NCBI GenBank assembly: GCA_000934665.2
Contig: JYFJ02000549.1
Span: 1-64,000 of the forward strand
Source: Catajapyx aquilonaris
Lineage: Eukaryota
Reading direction: 5' to 3'
Length of the DNA stretch: 64,000 nt
Both the position numbers and the translations under genes were made by a program. This document shows, piece after piece, positions 47,901 through 61,600 of the stretch; the stretch's first letter is position 1, and each line of letters begins with the position of its first letter. The notes beneath the pieces are model-generated. The model did no database searches. It was not told the DNA's origin and was given only the letters and a program-made list of their open reading frames with translations.

Positions 47901-50900
47901 AATACTTTCTGAGAAGCGTGGGAATACCACGTACGTAAACGTGAAGGAGCGGAATGCGATTCAAATCCCATATATGGGGGCCCACAAGTTGGCTGGAAGC
48001 AGTTGAGAACCTGGTTGGTCGAGGGCGCCTCAGTCTGCACACTTTGCAACTTTTTTTTGCAGCTGGATGCGAAAGTGGCGCCAACCGTGGCAGATTGTTG
48101 GAACTACGCCGCTTTTTGCTGGCCGACTTCCGCGGGGTTATGCATGAAGGAAAGGTACCGGGAAACTGCGTATGGAAAAAGTCAAATTGACATCCGGATA
48201 CAATAACATGGATGGATTCTACGAATTTGATTGAAATTTTAAACACTTTTCGCGGTATGTCTATATATGCTGCATTGTGTTTGATGCATCAGTGAGCTTT
48301 TTTCCGTCAAGGTAAATATTGAGCGGGCCGTCGATTCCGTGACATCGCGAATCAAATTAGCCAAGTGGGACGAGCTGCATTGTTTGTCCCTGTTACCTGG
48401 AGAAATTCGTTTTTCCCAGGCCCCTGCACCTTTCGCTGCAGGCATTTTCCGCTTGAAATGGATTACACCTGATTCATGCCCCCGAGCTAGGCGTCCTCAA
48501 GGTGAGGGACGGAAAAACGCGTTTGCCAAGACTTTTTGGAATCAACAAGCAACGTTGCCAGACATCATGTGAACACACCTGTCTCTGTATACATAGCGAT
48601 GCGCTGAGAGGAAATCAGGCGTGGAATCCTGTGAGTGATGACGCGTTTCCACCTGAGTCACTACGGTCCATGGGTTGACGTCATCAGAACACAGGTGAGA
48701 GAAAGCTGATGATATAGGCGGAACCCGTCCTAACTTGCCATCACGAGATCCTAATCCGTGTCGTGCTCTTGGAGGACATTTTTTCTGTCACTAAATCCGC
48801 ATGCACATGCAATTTGAACTTTTTCATGTTTTTTTTCTATTAATCGGTATGCCACAATCTGAAGGGTCATACATATCAAAATATGGCGTTTAATTATCCG
48901 CTGATTTATTTTTTCGCTTGTGCAGAATCGCAGAATATTTATCAAACCCAGGGCTCGCGATTTTGGGAGTGTGTCAGCAAGTTGGCGATATTGGAGCTCA
49001 AGTTGGGCGATATCGGAGCTGAACTTGGCTGTTTTTAGATTGAACGTCTAACAAGCGTACTTTATCAGTAGTAAAACTTGGACCTTGGAGGACTGTACAC
49101 AGTAGGGTGGAGAGAGAGAAAGAAAGAGAGAGAAACACATCTGATAGGAAATTGGCCGTGAATGCTGAGTTGCAATGCCAAATAGCGTGTCTCGCTTTTT
49201 CTTTTTAAGCCAATCGGAAACATAGCACGCTATTGCCGTCTAGCATCCCGATTCTTAGCGGCCATCATGCATCGTACTACACGCAGGATGAGGAAAAATA
49301 GAGCACATAACGGTGACCAGAAAGCTTAGAAAAAGCTGGCCACGCACGTGCGTAAAAGGCCGCCAAAAGTGGCTCAAGCACGACAACGAAGACTGCCAGT
49401 GCATTTCACCCTTCAAGAATGGCTCTTCCTCCCCGATGCATTTTTGGCACACTCACGAATTGGAAAACAATGTCAGAGAAAATACTCGCGTGTGACATCA
49501 ATATTAATAATATAAAATTCATTTGAAATGCACTGAATATTTTTGGACTCTGAAATATTTTCCCACGCAAATTTTCTCCATGTGATGAGCACACATGTCC
49601 TAGTCACACCTACTCATGGCAACAAGGTGAACGGTTTTCTTTCTCTTCTTCTACCGCTTGGAGGTGGCAACATGGCGTGAAGTTGCACGGGAAAGGGAGG
49701 TGCTGAGCTGCCAGGGGGGGGGGGNNNCAGGGGGGGGGGAAGGTGGAAGGTAGCTTGGCGGCACTGGCTGGCAGTGGGAGTTGACCCTTGGCAGGTAGAA
49801 GAAGTGGCAGGTACGAGGCACCACCAGGAGCTGGATTTGTTCGGAAATGGGGCTTCAAACGTCCCCAATTTGATGAGCCACGTGGTGGACGCGCAGTGTG
49901 TGCCTGCAGGTGCGTGTGTTCTGAGTCTGGCAACTTTGCCTGCGCGCATCTCTTCCCGCCATTGCATCGGAGGTACCACAAGTGCGCTTTTGGATCATTC
50001 ATGTGGTGATCGGATTGGGGTGGGGGGTTATTTGCGTTCAGTACGTTGACCCGGTTTGTTTGGGAAATATTGACTAGTTCGTTTCTGGCCAGTCTCTCAT
50101 TATGGATGTGTAAATCGGGTCTGATATATAAGTGTGCTAGTTTCTTGTGTCATAAATATAAGAATAATGTGCTGTGTTTTTGAGTGCAACGTTTTACTTT
50201 GATTGCTTGTTGTGAAAGTTACCGTTTCCGTCGAGAGTAATTGCTGTCTTCCCTTCATGTTAACAAAGAAGAGTTCTGAGACCGTTCCTGTAGCTAAAAG
50301 GCTTCCGCATGAAATAACGGCAAGAAACTTGAGTTATGCTTGTCGTATAAAAAAATTGGCTGGGCGTACCTTGTATTTGATGTAGCATCACTGACTGAGT
50401 ACCCTGTAAATATCATTTATAGGACATGTATTCCATAGCTATTACCGGTCCGTTAACTAACATTGTACTGTTAGGAGAAGCGCATATCTGGAAAAGAAAT
50501 CCGCTGTAGCATCCACTTCACAATTGTAGCAGAGTATAAAATTGTCCAACAAGCTTTCCTTCGAGTGGTGCACACTACTATGACAGGGGTTCCACTTTCA
50601 CCCTGCAATTTTGCCATGCGTTGAAGAGATTTGTGATACACGTTAAACGTCCGTAACCTGAGAACAATTTTGCAATTGGGGACCACTCCCATTCTAAATC
50701 AATAAGCGCTTCGTATAAATATGCAAGCCTTATCGAAGCGAAAGTTCTATGCACTCTATTAGAAAGAAAATCAGCGACCCAATTCAGGTGTGCTTTTTCA
50801 ACTTTTTAAAGGACGCCTCAACATAAATTGATTCCATATCGGAAGAGGCCATCGCTGAAGTGTTTAGTCCTTGACCCGATTTTCGAAATGTGACTGTGAG

Positions 50901-52568
50901 TAGTGTCGCCAACAATGGTTGCCAAAGCGATGCGTGCTGCATGTGACAATGATTTGCGTCCTAACTTAGGCATGCATGGATTCTCCCATGAATGAACGGT
51001 CGGGGGTTGGAACGCAAGAGCGTCACAAGTGTGTGTCGCTTGTGTCATAGCTGTCGAAATAAGGGGAGTTGCCGCGGTATGCCTATGAAGCGGTAACATT
51101 AGTAATGGTATGGCTATCGGATGCAGATCTGCTGTGTATGGTTTTTATTTCTGTCCTTCAAGAGTCAGCATGGAGTGCCTTTCTCGGATACTGATCGCCA
51201 GCTTGCATGATTTGAAATAGCGTCACGAGCGACACTGTTACGCGGTATTTGTCAGGTAAGCGTAAGTCATCAGGCCAATTACAGCTGGCATTGTGGGGAC
51301 CACAAGAACGGCACTTCTGAATTAACCCCCCGTGACCTTTGCCCGAGTTCTACTTTTTATTAGCAGAGCCTTTATTGGTTGATTAGAATAGGTGTAGGTG
51401 ATGACCAGGCTTGTAGAGATTACTTAACGGATTAGACGATTAGGTGCAAGCCTGTTTAACTAATATAGGACTACATCTTCCTAGATATGTGTTTATCTGC
51501 AATGGTCCCTATATGCACATACAGTATATCGAGTTCAGTGGCGCACATACCTAGGTGATATCACCTTATCCCCTTTCCTGAGAGCTCGATTGTTGTGGTT
51601 CGATGTCGGCAATTGATGTAAACATCTGCCAGCGGAATATATTATAATAACAGACTGTACGCTGAATATTGAACAGTAACTGTGTCACGAGTTCATGCCA
51701 TACAGGTGCATTTGGTACGCTGAACAGGAGCCAACAGTCAATGCCTTTGTGAGTGAAACTATATATCGTGTTTTTCCAAATACAATTGGGAAACATGTCC
51801 CACACAGTTTGCACGGAATATGTACTAGTTAGAACCCAGCCCTCTAACAACCATCATTTCTGTCCAGTTTCCGTGTGAACTCCTAATCAATTGAGTCCAC
51901 GACTACACAGCGGCTTTCATTATTACGGCCCTATTGAGGACACTGTTTCAGGCCAGAATTTATAGCATCACAATGCAAGGCTCTTTTTTTGTGTATAAAC
52001 TTGAGAATAGCTCTGCTCTGAATTGATGTGCTACTTGACTATCAGGCCCTACTGCCAGGCCATTTTCTCCAGCTAGGAATGACCAAAGGAAAGGAAAGAA
52101 AGAGGCAGGCGCGTGACTGTCGTTAATCGCGAACACCGCTTACATTATGATTGTTTTTCCTCGTGCATGGCCATGCATTTGGATTCATCCATTCTGGCCG
52201 CGATCCCAAGGTGAAACTTTCAACCGGACTTCAAACAACTTCCCATATTTATTCATGGTAAAAAGCGCACGCGGTGTTACATAAGTAGAGGGGAATACAT
52301 TCGTGGGATCTATTTGATAACCACAAAGAAAAAAATATATACGTGCGTTGTGCAGGGTCCGCGTGTTTGTGCTGCCTTGCAAACGTGTAGGGCCTTCATG
52401 CAAGGAGTTTCGTGTACTCTACAGTACGGCGTAACCGGCTCTCTCCCCATCATGTGTGTATCTGTTGGCTATACATTTTATTCACATTTCTTCCACAGGA
52501 TCTGCCGCACCTAGTTCGCCATTTGGAAGCCAGGAAGAGGTGACTCGGGGGATTCAGGTGAGCTCACC

Positions 52569-52631
<63 letters not shown>

Positions 52632-55600
52632 CATCATCATCATTGGTTGGAGGGGATGGGAAAAGTTATAAGTAAAACGTAAATAATTCGAGATGTAACA
52701 GACTATATGACTACAGTACAATGATGTGAAAAGGAGCGTGGTAGACCGTGTCAAGGGTGGTACAGAACGAAAGGCGAGAGGAATTTCTCGTAGAGCGAGC
52801 CAGCACCCCTTTTTGTGGACTGGGTGGGTGTGCTCCATTTGTGGATGAAACACAAGAATGTTGAAATTGCATGGAGTTGATTTTTTTTTTAAATTGGTTG
52901 GGAGAGTTTCTGTGTGTTTGAAGTAGCTATATACGGTATTTTTTTTTTTTAAAGTGGAAAGTAATGCAATATTATTCCGTTCGAGATTTTTCCAACTGTG
53001 GCTATTCGGTTGCTTTTTAAATATTGAATGGTGGAGACGATGCTTTTGCATTGCGTAGTTCCTGTCAGGTATTAGTTACGACCACTGTCTAGTGAGCGGT
53101 AGGAAGGAGCGCGACAATTATGGCGTAATGCGGTCAGGTTCAAATAACACTTGACGTCACAATATATTGTAGCCCTCAGCTTATAGAGACGCGACACCAT
53201 GCGGGCGATTCTTACTGACAATGTGCAAGACTAAGTATTACAATAAATTATTGAGGCCCACACACACACAGCATGGATTAAACGTATTTTGCAGTAGGGT
53301 ATAAGTCTATATTGTCTAGTTTATAAAACAGCTATGTGAGAGGTTTACACTGTTGTCCTGTGGAAAAACGTTTCATTTGCACATAGTGGAAACGTCGAGT
53401 TTCTAGGCAACCACGTAGGAAACGGACCGAGAAACTCGAACTTGCTTCTATGATCATGCGTAGTTCATTATACGGTACATTACATTACAGCATGTTGATG
53501 CTGTCAATGGGTGGGGACGAACTATATAGGATCTTCAGTTAAAGAAAGGAATAAGAAATATCTCAACATTACAGCATCGTTTGAATTTTCTTCCATTTGT
53601 TTGTATGGTCGAGTTGTGGCTACTAAGCACTAACGAATCACGACTAATATTTGACGCCTCCCTGCCCAGCTGTTCGGCCATATCAGATAGCCATCTGAAT
53701 AATACAACAGGATGTTACCTCCTGAACTAATTAAATATAAATAACCTAAAATCCACACCTAGTGCTACCTAGGAGAACCCGGCATTTTAAAATCATCGCA
53801 TTAAAAAGTGAAACGATATCAGCTGATCGTTGGTAGCCGTTGAAAACTGTAAAAAAACAATGGCTCAAGAAAAGACAGACAAAAGTTTTTAGCACACATG
53901 CAGTACCAGTATATTGAAACTGAGCGTTTATGTCACCATAAAGCGGATATTATCCTACATGAGAGATCAAAACCCATGACAATTTTTTTTCAAACAGAAA
54001 ATTTGGAAGAACTGGATCAGTGAGTGTCTGTGAGTGTTAGGCCAAATTTGATTGGCGCCATGCCATGTGACCCTCTGCTTGCATGAGGTCATCTACTTAT
54101 GTATAATTCCATGGAAATTCCACGGGCGCTTCTTCCCGAATCCGTATGCAGGGATTGCACTAGGATCCTGTGGATTGGTTGTCGGTTCTCGGTTCTCGGT
54201 AGCCACTGAGTCCTGCTGGTTCTGGCCGTCCATGCCCGTCTCTTTCGATTTTGAGTACTGTGGGTTCAAACCCTTCATGAAGTACCCTGGTTCGGGTTTC
54301 CAAATTGGAGCTTTTTTGAACTTCTTTGACGGGCTGTGGAGGAGTAGAGGCCACTGTGACATATCATTCAGATTAATGCTGTCCTCGAGCTCTTTGCGGT
54401 CTGGGATCTTTTCCTCCCCTGCTGCAGACGGCTTTGTCTCATCCTTCTCAATCTTGTCACCCTGTTGGGACAAAGTAGAGGTCACAGTTCAGCGTTTCAA
54501 TCTGAGAGTATCTACCACTCAAAGTATCTCATGAATACAAGTGACAGCACATTTTAACCGGCACGCATTTCCACTGAAACATTTTGGAAACTCGCATATT
54601 GTAATACCCCCGGGCAGTAATTCCGAATCCAGGGAATAATGATAATGTGGGTGAGAAAATCGGCATGGTGCCTCAGATGGAGGCTTTTATCCATTCCAAC
54701 TCAATCATGGCCTCAATACTGTTCCGGTGCAGTCGCAAATATATTCTCTCCTGGCTAATATTTTACCGTTTTGATACCGTGGTTTTGATGGACATACATA
54801 CAAGAAGTCCCCGATCCACGAACAGGTTTACGCTCCTAAATCCATAAGTCGGATTTGTACGTAGCTGGAATCCCTGAGGAACAGGCGAACAGCGCATATC
54901 ATAATATACATCGTAAATATGCTGCTCCAACGAACCGCTTACGTCATGTGTGTTTGTTTACATGCGTGGAAGAACGTAGTTTCCCAATTCTTTATTAATT
55001 GAGTACTATGGAACGGATTTTTAGGTTCTAAAAAACTCTCAAATAGGTAGGCATTTAGGCCCTGAAAACAGTCAAAATAGGCTCTTTTAAATAGGCACTA
55101 TACATCAAGCTGGTTCTAATTTATTTTAATTTCTACACATATGACAGCCTATTAATATTGGCCATGGAATTTTACAGCACAATAATAAACTAGCAGGAAT
55201 TCCATATTTTCGTTGGTTAATCACAGTTATTCGGCGACAGTTAAGATCCTCCCTCACGGGGAGCCAATATGGCCGATAGAATCTGATAGAATAGCCGTCG
55301 GGCCGAATGTAGCAGCTTATTTAACGGCTATTGATAGCCGTTCTTTCGAGTCGCAATAGCGTCAAAAATGTCGAAATAGGCGCTAATAGGCCATCTAGGT
55401 TCCAACACCCGAAATCAGCATTTTTAGGTTCTACTAGCAGGATACCCGGCGTTGCTCGGGTTATGAAATACTTTTCCATAGGAGCGACTCATTGATTTGG
55501 TAGTAACCTTTGCAATAATTATGGCTATACAATGTTGGCATACCAGTAACATGGGAGCATATTGCATGTGCATGAAGTCCAAACAACACGCTGAGGATGT

Positions 55601-58600
55601 CGGATTGTAAGAAAATACACAATACACCTTCAAAATCCAGCAAAAGTATGTCATGAAAAATTGAAGGTTGTGCAGTAAATGTAGAAGTAAATGTAGAATG
55701 TAGAAGCTCCAGCATGGCAGAGCTTACAATGTGACATCCATTGTGTGTGTTTTTTTTTTGACTGCATGCACATGCAATATTTGGTATGGCCAATTACGTT
55801 CATAATTGCATAGATGAAGCGTGTTGTCTCGAAGCTTCAACACAATATCCCTCTTATTACCATGCTCCTGACCACTCATGATGACAGCAATCTCATTGCG
55901 AGAAGGTTGATTGAATCGACCACGATGCTCACCTTGTGGTCGCTTGTCTGCATCGATGACCAAGTCAAATTCCAGAGGAGGAGGACTCTCAAGTGCAAGT
56001 TTGAAGCTCTTGACATGAGTGGAATGGATCATCTCCTGAAGTTGCAGTATGATGTCGAGGCGTGTGCCGTTTAAGTAGGTGCAACGGTATTCCGCCTGCT
56101 GTTGCATGTTCCCCACGAAGTAAAGTTGCAGAAACCGCGGACTCTGATTTTCTGAAGGAAGGAGTGATCCCATGCGATGGTAAATTTGCCTTTGCACTTT
56201 GAATGTAGGCATGAAGCCCCCTTCTCTAACAACGTTGGCCCCAAAAGATGTCATCTGTAAGGCCAAATTTTAATTTCTGATGGTCTTCAGGAAATGTTTT
56301 GAATCAGACGATGTACCCGAGAGGAGCATTTTAAGTAGCTGTGGGGGCTCAGCCAGTAGAGGAAGGCTAACCTTTCCAATGGAGCAACAGATCGTTTTTG
56401 TTTCACCCTTCCACTTCTTTGCCTGGCAATGGTGGCATACCTCTGACATAGATCCAATTGCAACAAACCGACAGAAGAATAGTCCATGTCTGCTGAGTAG
56501 TGGAAAGCGGCATGTACGAGGTGGGTTGATGAAAATGGAGCTAATCTCCGACTGATGGCCGCTGTTTCTCACAGAGTGGAGACATGCTTGGTGTTCTTCC
56601 TCAGTCTCTTGGTCCCTCCTCCTTAGCCGAACTTTGCGTGTATCCAATGTGCTTCTGCCAATACTGCTATGTTTCTAGGCCCATCTTAAAGTCTTTGGGG
56701 TGTTGAGAATGTGGAGGTCCAAACGTTACAAGTGAAAAAACAAACAAATGCAAAAAAAGTTTGAAAACTACATGACACATACCTACGTAGACCACATTAT
56801 GCCACACCTTATACACGTAATACCAACACATTATACCACACCTTATACACCTTATATACCTTTATACCACACCTTAAACACGTTAAACCACATCCCATAA
56901 CGACTTTTGAATGTACATTGAGAATGTGGAGGTCCAAATTTTACAAAGGGGGAAAAAACAAATAAAAGCAAAACGATTGAAAACTACATGACACAGAACG
57001 TAACACAGTTCAGAACAGGAGAATGAAGACAAAAAGCACATGACACAGTATACGTAGAGGAAAAGGTATGGCAGAAAAAGTACGCCAAGAAAATTCCGAC
57101 AGGCTGCCTGAACAAACAACCCAAAACCGCTATTCTTACATACAGCGCATTTGTATACCACCAGTTCGAACCCTGGGCCTGCCCCGAGGCCGCAGTTGGA
57201 CCGTGCCACCGTGTCTAGGATAAACATGGAATGAGATACCAGGATAGCAAGATATGGAACTCTTTGAATATTATTAACAAAACGTGATCATCACCCAATC
57301 ACACCAGTAGTCTCGTAACCAAGGCAACAGTGTGTAATAAATTCTAAATTGTAACAATAAAGTATGCAACCAATGTGAGTGCAAAAACACTGACCAAAGT
57401 ACAGCCACCACGTAGAAATGTAATGACACTGAGGGGCTGGAGGAGGAGGCAGTGGGGGAGGGAGGGGAGGGGAGGGAGGGAGGGAGGGAGAGGAGGGAAG
57501 GAATATGGTTTCCAGGCAACTGAACAGCATTATTAGAACACAGGGGGCCAACGTCCAAAGTTATTTTCGCCTCCTGTGGGCAAGGATGACCTCGGAGGTA
57601 AATTCCAATGCGCTAAGAACCTTCCCGGTAAAAAACTACCCCTAGTGATACCCCTGGGGCATATGTGGAGGCCTCCGTATGGATCTGTTTAGGTCACAAA
57701 AGAAAGACAGACAGACAGATATAGGTCTTGAAATATGTATTAGATAAAACTTGAGGTCCTTGTTTATGAAGCGGATAGATATTTTGGTTCCGGTGGTCTG
57801 CGTACAAAATAAAAAAAAGTAGGTGTAAAAACCTAGAAATCCATTCTCTATTAATTACACAGTGTTTATGTTGAACTCGTTGTTGGTCAACGTACCCAGT
57901 AGTGATTGAAAGTAGATAGATAATTATAAATTATCCTTGTGGGGAGCTTTGGGAGCCAGTTCCGGCAGTTCGTAAGTAGGCTACGGATCGCCGTAAGTCG
58001 GGTCGTTCGTAAACCGGGGACTACCTGTACATGCTGTCACTTTGCGCCGGTGATACGCATGCTGAGCTTACCTTCTGGGTGGTATCAGGCTCTTTGGGAC
58101 GCTCTGCCATCATCCACACGGCCGGGGGATTATGTACCTTCAGACGCCTTCAGAGTTTACTTCCGAAGCGTTCCGAAATTCTCGTAAAATGGTGTTGATT
58201 TGGCGTCTCCTTGGCAACGGCCAGAAGACAGTGTATCCAACCACCCTATGTGCCTGTTGCACTATGTAAATGTAATTATAGATAAATATGTAATAATTAA
58301 TTAATAATTATAATAAGTAAATATATAATATAATATAATATAAATATATCGAGGGGTAAAGAGGGGGTCGCACTGGGCACAAAAACCGTTGCTCTGTGAC
58401 GTCACAGCTGAAGTAGTCGAATCGTCCGCTAGAGTACGCGTGGTGCTACTGCTGTAGCATCCTCGCGGCAATTTTTAAATAGGAAAATCCCGATTTAATC
58501 CAGCTGGTCAGGGTGAAAAGGGCCTGAAAGTTCATGTTCCATATAAAATAGCCTAATTATGGTGGATCTCAAGCATTTGATTCATATATCCAATAAACAC

Positions 58601-61600
58601 TTGATTTATTTACCATTCTCAGTTCAATAGAACACGGGCAAAGGTCATTGATCCTGGGCTTTCGGTAAAACAAGTGCCGTGCTACATCAACATGTCAAGT
58701 GACATCATTTTTATTTGCTAATAGTTTACAAAATTACATTTTATACCATTCGACTTTATTATCATTATACAGTAATTATATGCAGTATATTAAATAAATC
58801 GTATTCATAAGCAGGTTTCTCCCAATACATTGATCAAAGAATTCCGAGATACCAATATATCTGTCGACCTCGAGCACTGGTCTCCTATGATGACGACAAA
58901 ATACGGTTGATACTACAACTGCGGGGGAAGGGATTAACCACATGCTGAGTGATATATACAATATACCTCTCACGATGCAAAAGAGAGGATGAAATACCAC
59001 GTACGAGGGCCCGAATCCTTGAACTGAAGGGTCACTGTCTCCAAATTCAAGCTATCTTCTAGTATCGATATTGTCTCAGTTCACCATACTTGGAATTTTC
59101 AGTAGAGATTGTATGAAATAATATCGGGTTTACGAGTTGTGAAATTCGCGAATTTAGCATTTTAAAACTTTCAAATGGTCATAGAAGGATATCGGAAGGT
59201 GCTGTTTGTGTTTCAACTTTTACAGCAATGGTAGAGCATTCCTGATTGTTATAGCCACATATTTTCACTAACACTTATATTTAAATTAATTCGTTTGCAT
59301 GCAGTCATGTTGGCTCATTGTAATACCCCGTTGGAAAAGTCGCCTTATTGTGCAACCAGCTTTGCGTCAACAACGAGTTCATTAAAATAATGTTAGTTTT
59401 AGAAAATAATTACACGATCAAAAAATTGGACGTGACCTACCATTGCTGTAAAAATTGGAAGACCTCTATTGAGATAATGTACAAAGCGTGTTTATAGTAA
59501 CACGGTCCTTAGTACCGAGAAGTGACTTGTGTCACGACAAAAATGCCCTTTGCCAGAGTGAAAATGAGGAAAAGGAAGCCGTGCTCCACCGCCAAGTCAG
59601 TCACACCAGTCACCTGGCCTCATGTTAAAATATGTTTAGTTTTACACAATACGGCAATGAAAATAGTTGTTTAGTGTCTACAGCAGCAAGTCATTCTGTG
59701 TGAATCTTTACGTATATTCCTTATACCGTATTCCTTATGGAAGGTGGTGACATGAGACAATTGAAAAACTGACAATAAATTTAATACAGTATAACATTAT
59801 TACCACTGTGTTCATGGGACTAAATCCAATAAGTCGAGGTCGTTACACAAGATTTCTCAGATAGCGGCGTCTATCAAGTTTGAACTGCAAAAAAAACCTT
59901 TCCCCTTCATTGATGTGGAGATACATAAAACGAGCTATTCTTGGTCAGCAACGCGGAAGTGCAAATGGGCTTGTTTATTTCAATTACATATTTGATAACA
60001 CCTGACCTGCTACCTACCGGTCGAATTCCGGGCCCTAAGACGTATGCGTGACTAGTGGACGTGACAAGGATATGGCATGCTAAAAATGGGCAGGATCGAG
60101 ACCTGACCCCCTGGTGGTAGCAGGGAAGCAGGATGTAAAGGGTCAAAGACATGAGAGGCGTCGTGCAAAAGGAAAGGTTGGTGAGGTGCACGATCCACCT
60201 TATATTAAAGACCCGCTCTGAGCAAGTGGGACATAGGGAGTAGGCTTCCGCCCCTCCGACACTAACTAATCATCCCAATAATGGACCTGCATAATGGCTG
60301 AAAATGGAAGGCTGCATGATTGTCGACGGTTGGGCCAGACGTCGACATTATATGCAGTCTTTGGTTTGAATATAGGTATGCGCCCTAGCGTGATCGTTAG
60401 TAAAGGTCTTTTCACCACACGGACCTTTTGGAATTATACAGAACTGCAGTGCAATATTTCATGACATTTGTTAATATAAGCCTGAATGGAATATTGATAA
60501 GAAATAAAAAAGAAAATAAGCTAATCTTAAGTTAGTGGGATTCACGCTCCAGTAAACAAAAGTGCTTTTTTGATGCCACCCTAAGCACATTATCCGCTTA
60601 AATTACACAAGTAAATAGTGCAAGGTTAATCATGGTGATCAAGTACAGTATACCTATATGGAAACGCTCCAATGTAGCGCGTCTAAATCAGATCTAGGCT
60701 ACATCCGACATGGTCTACTTCTCATATGTGGCTGATATCCACAACATGCTTGTTTCATGATGTACGCATGGAGTGTAATAATCCTGTTTGTTGTTGACCA
60801 AGGTGGATATGAGTTCCCGAAACTTCCTGGTGGCTCCCAAGATGGAGACAGAAGCACCGCCATCTTCGTGCTCACCGCCCAGTCTGACCGACGCCGACTC
60901 TGCACTCGGAAGTACTGCTTCGCCCGACACACACGCAAAGAGCAACAGGTACCATTCTAATATACAGCACTTTACCGGTTACTCAGCAGTCTTCGCCCTA
61001 ACTTTCCCCATCTGGATCTACATTAAATGAGATCTCAGCATTGGACGCTACGGCACATGAATCGACCTCAAAGATAACGAGGTGTTAGTGTGACATTTTC
61101 AAGTGTTGTAACCGAGGGTTAATGATGCCATCCATGCCTCATTGCCGCGGCTCTATTCACGTGTGTTGGTCACGACCCGCTGGATCAGGGCAATCACGGG
61201 CTAATTTGCACGGTGCAGCGCAGTTACGAGGGCTCGTCTCTTGCATTAGCAATTGGTGAATTCATATCATTTCCATCAGGAGCATTGTACAATGTGCGCG
61301 GCGCATGATGCGCCAGTTGACACATTCAATAAAGCAAGTAACCGATTTTAAATTGATACATGATCAAATTGATTTGAAATTCAATTTTAGTTGAATGTAG
61401 TTTTAAAGTGACTTAAAGGGACACTCCACTCAAAATGCAAGTTGGGCTCTAAAAATCGGGCAAAAAATCCTGATTCCGAAGGTTCAATCGGTTTTTTTCT
61501 ACGCGGAACAGAAAAGCCAGGACGAGGCGTTAAAGACTCAGAATTTGCGTCGTCTGCTAATGAGCTGCCCCGCCAGCCCAGTCCGCCACCGCCGTGAGCG

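Larger units (their letters stand above)
55006..57770. mobile_element. Degenerate host repeat (55006-55433 plus 57745-57770) split by the Helitron
   Basis: Repeated aaataggc / ttttaggttcta motifs at both ends; removing the Helitron restores ttttaggttcta|taaaacttgaggtcctt. Confidence 0.45.

Noticed and set aside
48950..49035. Three degenerate ~21-bp direct repeats (aagttggcgatattggagctc)
   Set aside because: Short, probably a subterminal repeat of a decayed DNA transposon; no second end found.
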